A stretch of 64,000 nucleotides of DNA from Candidatus Bathyarchaeota archaeon (GCA_963775685.1 CAVZJV010000014.1:384001-448000); one strand, 5' to 3'; numbered from the stretch's first letter, positions 10,906 to 21,578 are shown. A program made the numbers and translations. The notes: generated from the letters alone by a model not told the origin.

Positions 10906-11003
10906 AGGAGACCGAGAAGGGATTTGAAAATGAAACCAAAGGCCATAAGCCCAATAATTGCCCAATTATTGAAAACCCCCATCAGGTTCCTTCTCGGTCA
11001 CCT
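10906..11003 (+). ncRNA. candidate structured 5' leader RNA of the ABC operon
   Basis: AGGAGACCGAGAAGGGATTTGA can pair with TCAGGTTCCTTCTCGGTCACCT (G-U pairs); inner perfect hairpin CAATAATTG-CC-CAATTATTG. Confidence 0.45.
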
Positions 11004-11032
11004 GTTATTTTCAATATTTAAAGGTGTAATTT

Positions 11033-12484
11033 ATGGGAATAATTAATAGAGCTATACGGAACATCTCACGAAGAAAAATTCGAGCATTGTTAGTCATTAT
11101 TGCGTTAGGTTTCTCCATGGCAATCATGATATCCATTCCAGCAGGAGTAATAGCTAACCAGCAAACCGCCAATGATTTAGCGGCAAACCTAGGAAATACT
11201 ATAACTCAAACCGGACAATCGATCAACCAAACGTTAACGCAGATTGACTGTAGTTTAGCGCCGAGTTTTTCAGGCTTTGGATTCCGCGCACCCAGCTCAG
11301 GCAACTTTAATCCTAGTCAATTTAATCAGGGCGGCATTGGTAGCGGTAGAGGTTTTGATCCTAGCCAGTTTGGAGGTGGTGGTACCCCTGGGCAGTTTGG
11401 CGGCGGCGCATTTGGTGGCGGAGAAGCAAGTCCCATGAACGAGAGTCTCTACGTTGACATAAACAACTCCATTTCAGGTATTGCGGCAGTCGTGCCTATG
11501 CTGCAAGCTTCGGAGGGCCAGAACATTACGATGGAAATGTTTGACCGAACATTCACTCGATTATTGACAGATTATACAATTGATGGTATACCATTAACTT
11601 CAGATCTTATCACCACCTACCCAATATTAACAACAAACATAACTGCAGGACGAAACCTACAAGCAGGCGACAGCGGAGTGGTTCTGTTAAGCGAAAACAA
11701 CTCAGTATACTTCAACGCAGGCGTAGGCAACACGATTCAAATCCTTGGCCAAGACTTCACCGTAATAGGAATCCACGGCACTTCTTCAGCTTCCGACAGC
11801 CTTACTCTTTACATGAATCTATCTGACGCTCAATCATTAACCAACAACACTGGCTATATAACCAGCCTTCGAGTGTTTGCCCAAAGCAGCGACATCGTGA
11901 CGCAAGTAGCTAACTCCATAAGTACCCTGCACCCGGAACTCACAGTAACAACAGGTCAGGAACGTTTAACCCAGCTTGAAAACCTGCAGACAACATACAA
12001 TAGTGCACTAACGAATGCACAGAACTCCATAGGACAAACCCAAACAACTGCATTTGAAGAAATTATCGTTGTAGTAGCGGCAACAAGTCTCATAATTCTC
12101 TTCGTTATGCTCTACACCGTTAGGGAACGAACCAAAGAAATTGGCACACTAAAAGCGATAGGGTTCAGCAACGCAACCGTTATGGGACAATTCATCCTTG
12201 AAGGTATCCTTCTTAGCTTAATTGCAGGAATAGTCGGAGTAACAATCGGAACATTAGCTGCACCTACTCTTTCAGCTCTTCTGCTTCCCAGCTTAAACCT
12301 GTTTGGAACCCAAGGCACAAGCTTTGCAAGTAGCAGTACGCTTCCGACAGCTGCTGCATCAGTAAACTTGGAACTTGTTTTGATATCCTTTGGCGCAGCC
12401 CTGTTGCTTGGCACATTAGGGAGCATATACCCAGCATGGAGAGCCGCAAAAATTAGACCCGCAGAGGCGATGAAGTATGAGTAA
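11033..12484 (+). CDS. ABC transporter permease, MacB/FtsX family
   Basis: VRERTKEIGTLKAIG; GSIYPAWRAAKIRPAEAMKYE. Confidence 0.92.
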   Translation: MGIINRAIRNISRRKIRALLVIIALGFSMAIMISIPAGVIANQQTANDLAANLGNTITQTGQSINQTLTQIDCSLAPSFSGFGFRAPSSGNFNPSQFNQGGIGSGRGFDPSQFGGGGTPGQFGGGAFGGGEASPMNESLYVDINNSISGIAAVVPMLQASEGQNITMEMFDRTFTRLLTDYTIDGIPLTSDLITTYPILTTNITAGRNLQAGDSGVVLLSENNSVYFNAGVGNTIQILGQDFTVIGIHGTSSASDSLTLYMNLSDAQSLTNNTGYITSLRVFAQSSDIVTQVANSISTLHPELTVTTGQERLTQLENLQTTYNSALTNAQNSIGQTQTTAFEEIIVVVAATSLIILFVMLYTVRERTKEIGTLKAIGFSNATVMGQFILEGILLSLIAGIVGVTIGTLAAPTLSALLLPSLNLFGTQGTSFASSSTLPTAAASVNLELVLISFGAALLLGTLGSIYPAWRAAKIRPAEAMKYE

Positions 12485-13208
12485 ACCTATATTGCAAATA
12501 GAGAACCTGAACAAGACATTCATACTTGGAAAACGAGACATCAATGCCTTGTCCAATCTGAGTCTAACTGTTAACACTGGCGAATTCGTGGCAATTATGG
12601 GTCCGTCAGGTTCAGGCAAAACCACCCTGCTAAACGTCATTGGGTGCATTGACAAACCAACCAGCGGTCAAGTACTTCTAGATGGCATAGATGTTGGAAA
12701 AATGCCTGAAAACCAACTCTACAAGATACGCCGAGACAAGATGGGCTTTGTATTTCAAACCTTCAATCTGCTACCATACCTAAACGCACGAGAAAATGTA
12801 GAGCTCCCAATGGAAGGCAAGATCAAATCCAAGACCGAACGCAAAAAACGCGCAAGCGAACTTTTAGCAATGGTTGGGCTTTCAGGCAGAGAAAACCATC
12901 GTCCTCAACGCCTCAGTGCAGGGGAACAACAACGTGTCGCCATCGCACGTGCGTTAGCCAACAATCCAGCTTTCATTCTTGCAGATGAACCAACAGGAAA
13001 CCTGGACTGCCAAAATAAGCAAGAAATCATCAAGTTGCTTGCAAACCTCAACCTCACGAAAGGAACTACAATTATTATGGTCACGCATGACAGTCAAGCA
13101 GTAAACCATACTGAACGAATGCTACTGCTTAAGGATGGAAAAATAATCAAGGAGAAACAAGGGCTTCATTTGGCAAAAAAGAATAATGAAAGTCCCAATT
13201 GCAACTGA
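12477..13208 (+). CDS. ABC transporter ATP-binding protein (LolD/MacB-like)
   Basis: [32 protein letters not shown]. Confidence 0.95.
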   Translation: MSKPILQIENLNKTFILGKRDINALSNLSLTVNTGEFVAIMGPSGSGKTTLLNVIGCIDKPTSGQVLLDGIDVGKMPENQLYKIRRDKMGFVFQTFNLLPYLNARENVELPMEGKIKSKTERKKRASELLAMVGLSGRENHRPQRLSAGEQQRVAIARALANNPAFILADEPTGNLDCQNKQEIIKLLANLNLTKGTTIIMVTHDSQAVNHTERMLLLKDGKIIKEKQGLHLAKKNNESPNCN

Positions 13209-13267
13209 GAAGTATTTCTCAGCGTAAATGAACAACGGACAAATATACTTTAACTTGAGGATTTTTA

Positions 13268-14470
13268 ATGGAAACTTCATCTATTCCTTCCCTTCCACTT
13301 CCAACAAAAACAGGCGTTTTTCAGCAGTCATGGTTTTAGCTCTTCTGTTAGTTTGTTTAATCGCAGGCGGATTAATCGGATACGCAGTAACCTACTCGGA
13401 CTTCAACCAAAAACTCAACACCTTAGAAGGCCAAATAGGGCTTAATCAAGGAGCAGGCAACGGTTCTGGTCAGACATTCATACTTAACGATAATATCTCG
13501 CTATCAAACCTCTATCAACAAGTTAAGTCTTCAGTTGTGGTAATCCAAGACCTTGTGCCTGTGCAAACTTTCTTTTTAGGAAAGGCTTACAGTTTGCAAC
13601 AGGGCTCAGGTTTCATAACGCAACTAAACGGACAACTCGTCATCGTTACCAACGAACACGTTATAGCCAATGCAATCAACGAAACCGTAACCTTCGCAAA
13701 CGGAGATGCTTACCCTGCCAAAGTGATAGGTTCAGATCCGCAAGCTGACCTAGCCGTCCTCACGATTTCCTCCATGCCCATCGGACTAACACCGCTGACT
13801 TTTGCCCACTCCGACTCCCTGCAGGTCGGACAACCAGTTGTTGCAGTCGGTTCACCCTACGGGCTATCAGGAACCTTAACCACAGGCGTCATCAGCTCAT
13901 TGGAGAGAACCATAATTGAAGATTCAAGCACAAACCAAAACGGTCAAATCATCGCAGACATAATCCAAACCAGCACCGCCATCAACCCCGGCAACTCAGG
14001 CGGCCCCCTCATCACCTACAGCGGCGAAGTCATCGGCATAACCACCGCAGGCATCAGCAACTCCCAAGGCTTAGGCTTTGCCATTCCTTCTGACACTATT
14101 ATTCGGGAACTCAGTTCATTGGTTTCTTCAGGTTCTTACACCGACCATCCATCCATTAATGCTCAGGGCACAGACATGAACTATAAAATCGCCCAAGCCA
14201 TGGGCGCCCCCGTCACCTACGGCTGGATAGTCGAGAGCGTCTCCGCAAACAACGGGCTCAAAGGCGGCAGCACCCAACAGTCCATCTTAGGCTCAAACTT
14301 CCAACTCGGCGGCGACATCATAATAGCCATCAACAACCAAAGAATAACCAAACACCGACGACCTTCTATCCTACCTCGAACAACACACCTTGCCAGGCCA
14401 AACCATCAACTTCACGATAATCAGAAACAGACAGCAGCAAACCCTCTCAGTCACCATAGGAAAAGCATAG
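13268..14470 (+). CDS. HtrA/DegP-like trypsin protease with PDZ domain (indels near both ends)
   Basis: VTNEHV, DLAVL, TAINPGNSGGPL; PDZ continues as TDDLLSYLEQHTLPGQTINFTI in another frame after ~14350. Confidence 0.9.
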
Positions 14471-14714
14471 ACACCATCAGTCTTCTATCTGAGGCACTCA
14501 ACAGGGGAAGCGACAAAAATATTTTTAAAATAAACAATGCCAAAACAAATGCTAAAAGAAGTAATCAATCAATAAATTAAATTCTATAACCTGATTCCCA
14601 GAGCATTTAATTGCTGTAATCGCTGCTTCTATAAATTGATGGGTCTATTCTCGATAAAAAAAATAACAGGATAAGACACTATTTTTATAAGCTCAACGCT
14701 TGCAGTTAAATGTC

Positions 14715-15500
14715 ATGCAAGCTGAATTTGGAGTTATCGGTGGAACAGGACTTTATGACCCTAAGCTTCTCAAGAATGTTCAGGAAGTCTCGATGGATAC
14801 GCCTTACGGTAAACCCTCAGACGCTATCACCATTGGCGAGCTTAGCGGCAAATCTGTAGCGTTTCTGCCCAGACACGGAAAAAAACATACGATAAGACCG
14901 ACAGACATTAACGTTCGTGCCAACATCTTTGCCCTAAAAAAGTTAGGTGTAAAACGGATTTTAGCGCCATCAACGGTTGGTTCTTTACGAGAAGAGTATC
15001 ATCCGGGAGAAATCGCCTTCGTTGATCAATTCATAGATCGAACCACACGACGCGAACAATCATTCTACACTGAAGAAAGGGTATGTCACATATCTGTAGC
15101 TGAACCCATGTGCCCCGAAATCAGAAAAACTCTAATTGCCATCTCCAAAGGTATGGGCATAAGGATACATGAGACGGGAACCTACGTTTGCATTGAGGGT
15201 CCCCGTTTTTCAACTAAGGCTGAATCCAAAATGTACCGGCAATGGGGTGCAGATGTTGTTGGTATGACTTTGGTTCCTGAATGTGTACTTTCACGTGAAG
15301 CGGAAATCTGTTACGCAAACATTTCAACTGTTACTGACTATGACGTTTGGAAAGACCATGTTGTTAGTGTCGACGATATCTTGGCTACTATGAAGAGTAA
15401 TGTTGAGAACGTAAAACGTATAATTGCCGAAACCGTCGCCAAAACGTCAGCCGCATGTAGTTGCGGATGTGACCAAGCTTTGACAGGAGCATTCGTATAG
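14715..15500 (+). CDS. mtnP: S-methyl-5'-thioadenosine phosphorylase
   Basis: GVIGGTG, FLPRHG, CIEGPRFSTKAES, VGMTLVPE, VTDYDVW. Confidence 0.92.
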   Translation: MQAEFGVIGGTGLYDPKLLKNVQEVSMDTPYGKPSDAITIGELSGKSVAFLPRHGKKHTIRPTDINVRANIFALKKLGVKRILAPSTVGSLREEYHPGEIAFVDQFIDRTTRREQSFYTEERVCHISVAEPMCPEIRKTLIAISKGMGIRIHETGTYVCIEGPRFSTKAESKMYRQWGADVVGMTLVPECVLSREAEICYANISTVTDYDVWKDHVVSVDDILATMKSNVENVKRIIAETVAKTSAACSCGCDQALTGAFV

Positions 15501-15515
15501 AAGGAGGATAAACAA

Positions 15516-16058
15516 ACGAACAAAACCGACAAACAAATTGATTTAAAGTCAAAAGTCCGAAGAATTCCTGAGTTCAAAGGTGTGGTCTTTTGGGATATAA
15601 CCCCTCTTTTAAAAGACAAAACTTGTTTTCAAGAATGCATCAAACAGTTAGCGGACCATTATAGGGACAAACCCATAGATATTGTCGTCTCAAACGAGGC
15701 AAGAGGATTCATCATCGGTGCTCCTTTGGCGTACGAACTTGGGGTGGGCTTTGTTCCCATACGCAAAAAAGGGAAATTACCCTACAAATGCGTGGATTTA
15801 ACCTACAAGAAAGAATACGAATGCGACACCATTGAGATCCACCAGGACGCCATAGAAAAAGGCCAGAATGTTTTGCTCGTTGACGATTTGCTGGCAACCG
15901 GGGGAACAGTGAAAGCTAACATTGAATTGGTAGAGACTTTAGGCGGTAAAATTGTTGGCATAGGTTTCCTTATCGAGCTTGGCTATTTGGAAGGCCGGAA
16001 AGCCTTGGGAAAAAAACACGAAATCTTTTCGCTGATTCAGCTACCAACCACAAATTGA
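15516..16058 (+). CDS. apt: adenine phosphoribosyltransferase (probable start ACG at 15516)
   Basis: DLKSKVRRIPEFKGVVFWDITPLL, EARGF, RKKGKLP, VLLVDDLLATGGT. Confidence 0.92.
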   Translation, partial: TNKTDKQIDLKSKVRRIPEFKGVVFWDITPLLKDKTCFQECIKQLADHYRDKPIDIVVSNEARGFIIGAPLAYELGVGFVPIRKKGKLPYKCVDLTYKKEYECDTIEIHQDAIEKGQNVLLVDDLLATGGTVKANIELVETLGGKIVGIGFLIELGYLEGRKALGKKHEIFSLIQLPTTN

Positions 16059-16343
16059 TAAATAACCAGGCAGAAACTAAACCATTTATTTTGGCCTTGA
16101 TATTAGAAAGCATAAGTCAAGCACATTTCCTCTACTGCCTTTTTTGAGGAAGAAATTTTTTGTGAATAGACACATGTTTTTTTGCGCCTTTCTGCGGAAA
16201 AAATCAGGTTGCGCTAAGCCCCCGGTTCCTCCGGCCGACATCAGAAACACTTCAACCAATTTATTATGATTTGTTGTTGTATTATGACTGCAACTTAAAT
16301 TTAATAACTAATTCAGGAATATATTTAATTTGGAAATTTTGAG

Positions 16344-16655
16344 GTGGATTTTTTGGAGAATGTTTTTGTAGATATTGAAGCAAAAGTTAGCGACAAATAT
16401 TATGAAGCAAAAACTCCTAAGAAAACCCAAAGAAGCGCTTATGTCTTTATGACCACCGAATCTGCTGCAAACCAAATTGCGGTTGAAGAACTAAAGAAGA
16501 TTGCTGAGGTTAAAGAGGTATATCTTGCTCACGGCGCCTATGATCTTGTCGCGAAGGTTAGTGGCGAATCTTTTGATCATCTAAAGGAGATTGTTCATAA
16601 AAGAATAGGAAACCTTAGCAACATCAAATCGACTTTGACCTTAACTGTGATCTAA
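16344..16655 (+). CDS. Lrp/AsnC ligand-binding domain protein
   Basis: AYVFM..EVKEVYLAHGAYDLVAKV..I..TLTL. Confidence 0.85.
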   Translation: MDFLENVFVDIEAKVSDKYYEAKTPKKTQRSAYVFMTTESAANQIAVEELKKIAEVKEVYLAHGAYDLVAKVSGESFDHLKEIVHKRIGNLSNIKSTLTLTVI

Positions 16656-17044
16656 ACATTAGGCAGCATATTTCGCCAATATAGGTACTTTCGCATTTCT
16701 TCTAAGTATTCGGCAAACAACATTTCCTTACTTTTCGATTTATAGCAAAAGCCTTTTACTTTATTTTGCAGATTTTCTATAATTTTTAACTCAACAAGTT
16801 TAGCAGCGTCGCCGAAAATGGATTCAATAGCATTAGTGAAGCCTTCAATGTGGTAGGGGATTTGTTCTTTTTTGATCCCATCATTGGTTTCTATGTAGCT
16901 GTATGTGGCTCTCTTAACGTTCTCTCCGAATGAGGTGAAGATTTCGTCGATTGCTTCTGCGACTGTATTTTCAAAAGAGGTCGAGGGCTCTTTTTTGATT
17001 GATAAATCGATTGTTGCGGTTAGGGAGGTTAATTGTTGGGTCAT
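16652..17044 (-). CDS. hypothetical protein (DUF3227-like)
   Basis: EAIDEIF..GENVK..IP..IEGF..AIESIFGDAAKLVE resembles the archaeal DUF3227 pattern. Confidence 0.55.
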   Translation of the reverse strand: MTQQLTSLTATIDLSIKKEPSTSFENTVAEAIDEIFTSFGENVKRATYSYIETNDGIKKEQIPYHIEGFTNAIESIFGDAAKLVELKIIENLQNKVKGFCYKSKSKEMLFAEYLEEMRKYLYWRNMLPNV

Positions 17045-17499
17045 TTTATTTTTTCATCCTTGTTCGGCTTAGTTACCATTGTATCTTGATTGTTAATATA
17101 TCAGTTATTTTTATTTCGATATATTCCCAAAGTCGATATATACAAAAAAGAGTGATTAACAGAAAAAGAGAAAGAACCAAAAAACTATGAGTTTGCCTCA
17201 GAGCTCAACATTGTCTTCAGATCGATTTTGCAGCTTTCTATTCTATGGCTTTTTCCTAATGCTTTCATACTTGTGATTCCAAAACTCATCCGAAGGGACC
17301 GCAAAAAAGTTAACAAGGAAAAATTAAAGGCATTGAAGCCAAAACTTGCTATTGATGTGGTCCAGAAAATCGGGTGGCGCTTTTAATAAAAGTCCAAGCG
17401 AAGAGTCCGTTTTGCAGGTATATCAGAAACAACTTGACATTTCCTGAGCGTTAATTATGGAAGCAGAAGAAGTTTCAGTTATCCCATAAAAACACGAAG

Positions 17500-18057
17500 C
17501 TAATTAAAAACGTCGTTAGCTGCCTTAGCATAGACTTCAAAGTCTCTCTGAGAGAACAATACAAATGTGACCTTCTCTATTCTGTCTTCTTTCTCCAAAA
17601 ACGTCTTAACCGTAGCTAAAGCTATGTGGCTGGCTTCATCAATTGGGTATCTATACGCTCCGGTACTGATCGATGGAAACGCAATTGTTTTAAGTCCTTT
17701 AGAAACGGAAAGTTTCAATGTATTCCTATATGCTTGTTTTAGAAGTTCTGCCTCAACATGTAAGCCGCCAAGCCAAACAGGGCCAACCGTGTGAATAACA
17801 TGTTTAGCCTTCAAATTCCCGCCTGAGGTGATGACTGCTTTTCCAGTAGGCAATCCATCAGGCCACTCCGTTTCCCGTATACGTTTGCATTCTTCAAGAA
17901 TTTTAGGTCCTCCCTTCAGGTGTATCGCTCCGTCTACTCCTCCGCCTCCTAAAAGGGTCGAGTTAGCCGCATTCACAATGGCGTCAGCTTTAACGTCTGT
18001 AATGTCACCAACGATTAGCCGCAGAATAGCTTCTCCGACTTTAAATTCCATAAACAA
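17500..18057 (-). CDS. macrodomain O-acetyl-ADP-ribose deacetylase
   Basis: GDIT..DAIVNAANSTLLGGGGVDGAIH; AFPSISTGAY. Confidence 0.95.
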   Translation of the reverse strand: MFMEFKVGEAILRLIVGDITDVKADAIVNAANSTLLGGGGVDGAIHLKGGPKILEECKRIRETEWPDGLPTGKAVITSGGNLKAKHVIHTVGPVWLGGLHVEAELLKQAYRNTLKLSVSKGLKTIAFPSISTGAYRYPIDEASHIALATVKTFLEKEDRIEKVTFVLFSQRDFEVYAKAANDVFN

Positions 18058-18270
18058 ATGTTACCTTGTAAGCATATATAACTTTGACATACAAGTAACT
18101 AGAAACGATTCGCCCTTCCAACTTTATTTCACTTTTTCCTAACTACGTACTGACGCTGAAAATTCCGATTCAAAAAAAAACAATATCAATAAAACAAGTC
18201 ATGAGATTTCTGCAAAAAACTTATTTCTTTTTTCAGACAAATATTCCATTAAACCTTTTGTTAAAATGGA

Positions 18271-18909
18271 TTAAATTCCTGTCCAAAGGGTCCACAATGC
18301 TGAACTCATGAAGTATCCACCAAATCCGATGAACACCGTCACACAGAAAAATGTAATTACCATATTTACCCTCTCTGTCCAGAACTTCTGAGACTTAAAA
18401 ATCAATAAAGCCACCCCAGTGTACCATGAGAAATCTGTTAGCCAATGCACCCCTGCGAAAACAGAAAAACCCAGTAGCCCAAACAGTTTAGCATTCAAAA
18501 TGAGTGTAGTACCGATGGTCAGCCACCAAAGTATGAAACCGGCATTTGCAGCCGTTGTCCATGCACCTGCAAGCACAGAATCTCGTTTAAAACTCACAGA
18601 TGTAGCTTCTTGTTTGTGTCTGTTGTGAAAAGCTTGTAATCCCATTAGAATCATGAGCAAACCACCAATCAAACCGACTGCAATTTGCACAACACTTGGT
18701 ATGTCAAATTGACTAAGCAGAAAGAAAATCAGAAACATTAATGGAAACTCTACAATACCATGACCGACTGCGATCAGCGCACCCGCTGTCTTGCTTTTCG
18801 CAGATTTTTTCAGGGTAACAGCGAACAATGGTCCAGGCAACAGAACACCTGAAAGCGAAATTAGCAGAACTGAAGCTAAGAACAAGTAGAAACCTGTAAT
18901 GTACTCCAT
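18271..18909 (-). CDS. LysE family translocator
   Basis: SLSGVLLPGPL..GHGIVE..WW. Confidence 0.85.
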   Translation of the reverse strand: MEYITGFYLFLASVLLISLSGVLLPGPLFAVTLKKSAKSKTAGALIAVGHGIVEFPLMFLIFFLLSQFDIPSVVQIAVGLIGGLLMILMGLQAFHNRHKQEATSVSFKRDSVLAGAWTTAANAGFILWWLTIGTTLILNAKLFGLLGFSVFAGVHWLTDFSWYTGVALLIFKSQKFWTERVNMVITFFCVTVFIGFGGYFMSSALWTLWTGI

Positions 18910-18976
18910 GCTTCAGGTCTTCCTATACCTTTTTGAGTAAATTTTGCATGGTCGGCAATAAGCGTTTTTGGATCCT

Positions 18977-19001
18977 GTATACAAAAGCATCAACAAACAC
19001 A
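18977..19001 (+). repeat. dispersed repeat motif A, copy 1 (diverged)
   Basis: GTATACAAAAGCATCAACAAACACA. Confidence 0.75.
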
Positions 19002-19003
19002 TC

Positions 19004-19561
19004 TTATTCGCATTTTTTGCTCTTAAGAAGCCTATTTTGCATTTCAACGATACCAGCGCTATCTTTAGCGGTCACGTAATTGTCCAGCAACATGCCATTA
19101 AGCTCAAGGAAGGTGTGTCCCCAAGTAAAAATCGACAACAGCTGCGCTGCCTCCTCTTCAAAACCAGCAATATACAATGCGGCAGCGATCGCTTCAGCTG
19201 TAGTTAACTTGGTAAGCTTGCCAAAATTCACCGGGTTACCCGCAATCAGAATGGGCAAGCAACGGCTCGTACCTCTAACATGTACACCCATAACCTTTTG
19301 GGCGTGTTCCCAACTGCAATCCAAAGCAGCTAAACCAAAATGCTCAATCCGCTCCCTGTCTGCGGGGGAAAAAGCAATTTCACTAAAAGGGTTCAGCACT
19401 ATTGCCCGATTCGGTAAAAACCTTATCCGCGTGACTATCCTGGCAAATCCTCTACGTTTCAGCCTCAAGGCAGTGTTTTTTTTAGGGTCATCTTGGGCGG
19501 CATGGTAAATCGTAATCCTTACAGGCAAACTTGTTTTTACGGCTTCCTTATCAGTTTCCAC
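19004..19561 (-). CDS. tsr3: rRNA aminocarboxypropyltransferase Tsr3 (DUF367)
   Basis: QDDPKKNT, LDCSW, R.LP.LIAGNPVNFGKL..LTTAEA, FTWGHTFLELN. Confidence 0.92.
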   Translation of the reverse strand: METDKEAVKTSLPVRITIYHAAQDDPKKNTALRLKRRGFARIVTRIRFLPNRAIVLNPFSEIAFSPADRERIEHFGLAALDCSWEHAQKVMGVHVRGTSRCLPILIAGNPVNFGKLTKLTTAEAIAAALYIAGFEEEAAQLLSIFTWGHTFLELNGMLLDNYVTAKDSAGIVEMQNRLLKSKKCE

Positions 19562-21092
19562 TTGTTTTGCGCACCTTCAAATGGCTCATTGGGTCATCAA
19601 GAATCCTGGGAACCCACTCAATTATGTCCGTAGCAACCATGTGAAAACCAATCTCAGATGCAACAAAATCACCTGCAGCACCGTTAACAAACGCTCCAGC
19701 CACTGCAGCCTCAAACGCATTAACTTTCTGAGACATAAAGCCACCAACTATTCCACTGAGAACATCACCTGTTCCGCCAACGGTCATTCCTGGATTGCCC
19801 GTAAAATTCAGCTTCAAACGCTCAGCATCGCATATCACGTCAACTTTGCTCTTCACCAAAACAGTAGCATTTAGTCTTTTGGCAGTTTTCTGAATTGCAA
19901 CAATTCGTTCTTCTTGGTTTTCAGGCAACTCTTCACCCGTTAATATGGTGAATTCGCCCACATGAGGTGTTAAAACAAGCGGCACTTTTAGCTGGCGTTT
20001 GAATTTGGCGAACGCTTTCAGTCCGTCCGCATCCAAAAGCAACGCTATTTTAGCTTTTTCAATTTCTTCCACACATGATTTAACAAATTTTGCAGTTTCA
20101 GGGTTCACACCCAAGCCCGGACCTATAACAACTGCATCAACCATGCCCAAGTAAGGTCTGAGGGTAACCATGTTTTGGAGGTTAAGGTTGTCACCCTCGA
20201 GTTTTATCGTTATCAAGTCAGGAGACATAGACGAAATCGCATAAGCCGTCTTTGCTGGAGCGGCAAGATAAACGATGTCTACGCCCGTTCGCAAGGCAGC
20301 CAACGAAACCAAAGTGGGAGCACCAGAGTAAACTTCGCTGCCGCCGATAACGAGTAGTCTTCCGAATTCTCCCTTGTGGGCTGTTGGGCTGCGTGGTTTA
20401 GTGGCAAGTAACACATCGCCTGGACCTACAAACCGTTCAATCTCTGATGGCAAACCTATGTCGACAACAGCAAGTTCGCCTACGTATTTCTTTGCTTTAT
20501 CCAGACCAGACTTTGCCTTATGGAATGTTATTGTAAGGTCTGCTTTTACAGCTGTACCTAACACTTCTCCAATGTCTGATTCGATTCCTGTAGGTACGTC
20601 AACAGCTATTTTGAAGCCGCTTAAGGAGTTGATGTAATCAACTGTCTTGGATATTGGAGGTTTTAGCTTTCCTTTTGTCCCTGTTCCAAGAAGGGCGTCA
20701 ATAACTATGCCAGCGGTCACTTTAGGGATAAGTGAACTATCCGTTACTTCAAGCAATGTGACCTTACCCTCAAGTGACTCAAGAATACCCCAGTTTCTGA
20801 ATGCAGCCTCATGGTTGATGTTGCGACTCTTGCCAACCAAAATCACTGTAACATCAAACCCTTCAGCTAAAAGATGCCTGGCAGCAACAAAGCCGTCGCC
20901 ACCGTTGCCGCCTAAACCACAGAAAATCACGGCTTTCTTGTTCTTCTGGAAGCGTGTGATGATTTCTTGAGCCACGCTTCGGCCAGCGTTCTCCATAAGT
21001 TGAAGTAGGCTAATACCGAAGTATTGTGCGTTGACTTCTAAAGCACGCATTTCTCGGCTAGTGATGTTGAGAGTTTTGTTTTTTGGCTGCAT
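19551..21092 (-). CDS. nnr: bifunctional NAD(P)H-hydrate epimerase/dehydratase
   Basis: LMENAG, GGNGGDG, DALLGTG, AHKGEFG, LTPHVGEF, GGTGDVLSG. Confidence 0.95.
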   Translation of the reverse strand: MQPKNKTLNITSREMRALEVNAQYFGISLLQLMENAGRSVAQEIITRFQKNKKAVIFCGLGGNGGDGFVAARHLLAEGFDVTVILVGKSRNINHEAAFRNWGILESLEGKVTLLEVTDSSLIPKVTAGIVIDALLGTGTKGKLKPPISKTVDYINSLSGFKIAVDVPTGIESDIGEVLGTAVKADLTITFHKAKSGLDKAKKYVGELAVVDIGLPSEIERFVGPGDVLLATKPRSPTAHKGEFGRLLVIGGSEVYSGAPTLVSLAALRTGVDIVYLAAPAKTAYAISSMSPDLITIKLEGDNLNLQNMVTLRPYLGMVDAVVIGPGLGVNPETAKFVKSCVEEIEKAKIALLLDADGLKAFAKFKRQLKVPLVLTPHVGEFTILTGEELPENQEERIVAIQKTAKRLNATVLVKSKVDVICDAERLKLNFTGNPGMTVGGTGDVLSGIVGGFMSQKVNAFEAAVAGAFVNGAAGDFVASEIGFHMVATDIIEWVPRILDDPMSHLKVRKTSGN

Positions 21093-21147
21093 ATTAACGC
21101 CTAGTTACTATTGTAACATGGTTAAAAGATAAGTATATCCTTGAGCG

Positions 21148-21174
21148 GTATACGAAAGCATCCCCCAAACACAC
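21148..21174 (+). repeat. dispersed repeat motif A, copy 2
   Basis: GTATACGAAAGCATCCCCCAAACACAC (identical to 29722..29748). Confidence 0.9.
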
Positions 21175-21223
21175 AAAATCTGCCTCTGATCCATACCGCA
21201 ATATTCAGAAATTTAAAAAAATT

Positions 21224-21252
21224 CGAAGTTAAACGAACCTTATATATTCATG
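21224..21252 (+). repeat. motif B, copy 1 (BRE/TATA-like)
   Basis: CGAAGTTAAACGAACCTTATATATTCATG. Confidence 0.75.
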
Positions 21253-21578
21253 GCAGCCATCTGAACTAAGTGGAGGAGTATACATACTTATAACTCCTCA
21301 ATACAACGATCTGTGAAGAAAATGTGGGCTACCTTTTGCGGTAAATCTCAAAAATCCTAAAATAATGGCCAACAATGACTATTTTTTGTGGGCAGCAAGG
21401 TATAGAAGCTATGCAGAAGGCAGATTTAGTTCCAAAACTCGACCACAGCGATTGTTCTATTCTGTTTATCCAAAACTTTGTTCTACTTGCGGTGGTTTGT
21501 TGTGTCTCTTTGATCCAATAGTTTGGCTTACAAATCAGAGTCTGAACGGTTTTAGGTTAATTTCCTTTTTGGTTCAGG

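Noticed and set aside
16185-16258. GC-rich intergenic patch as C/D-box sRNA or riboswitch
   Set aside because: Two CTGA boxes on the minus strand but no convincing C box or known aptamer; could equally be a short ORF
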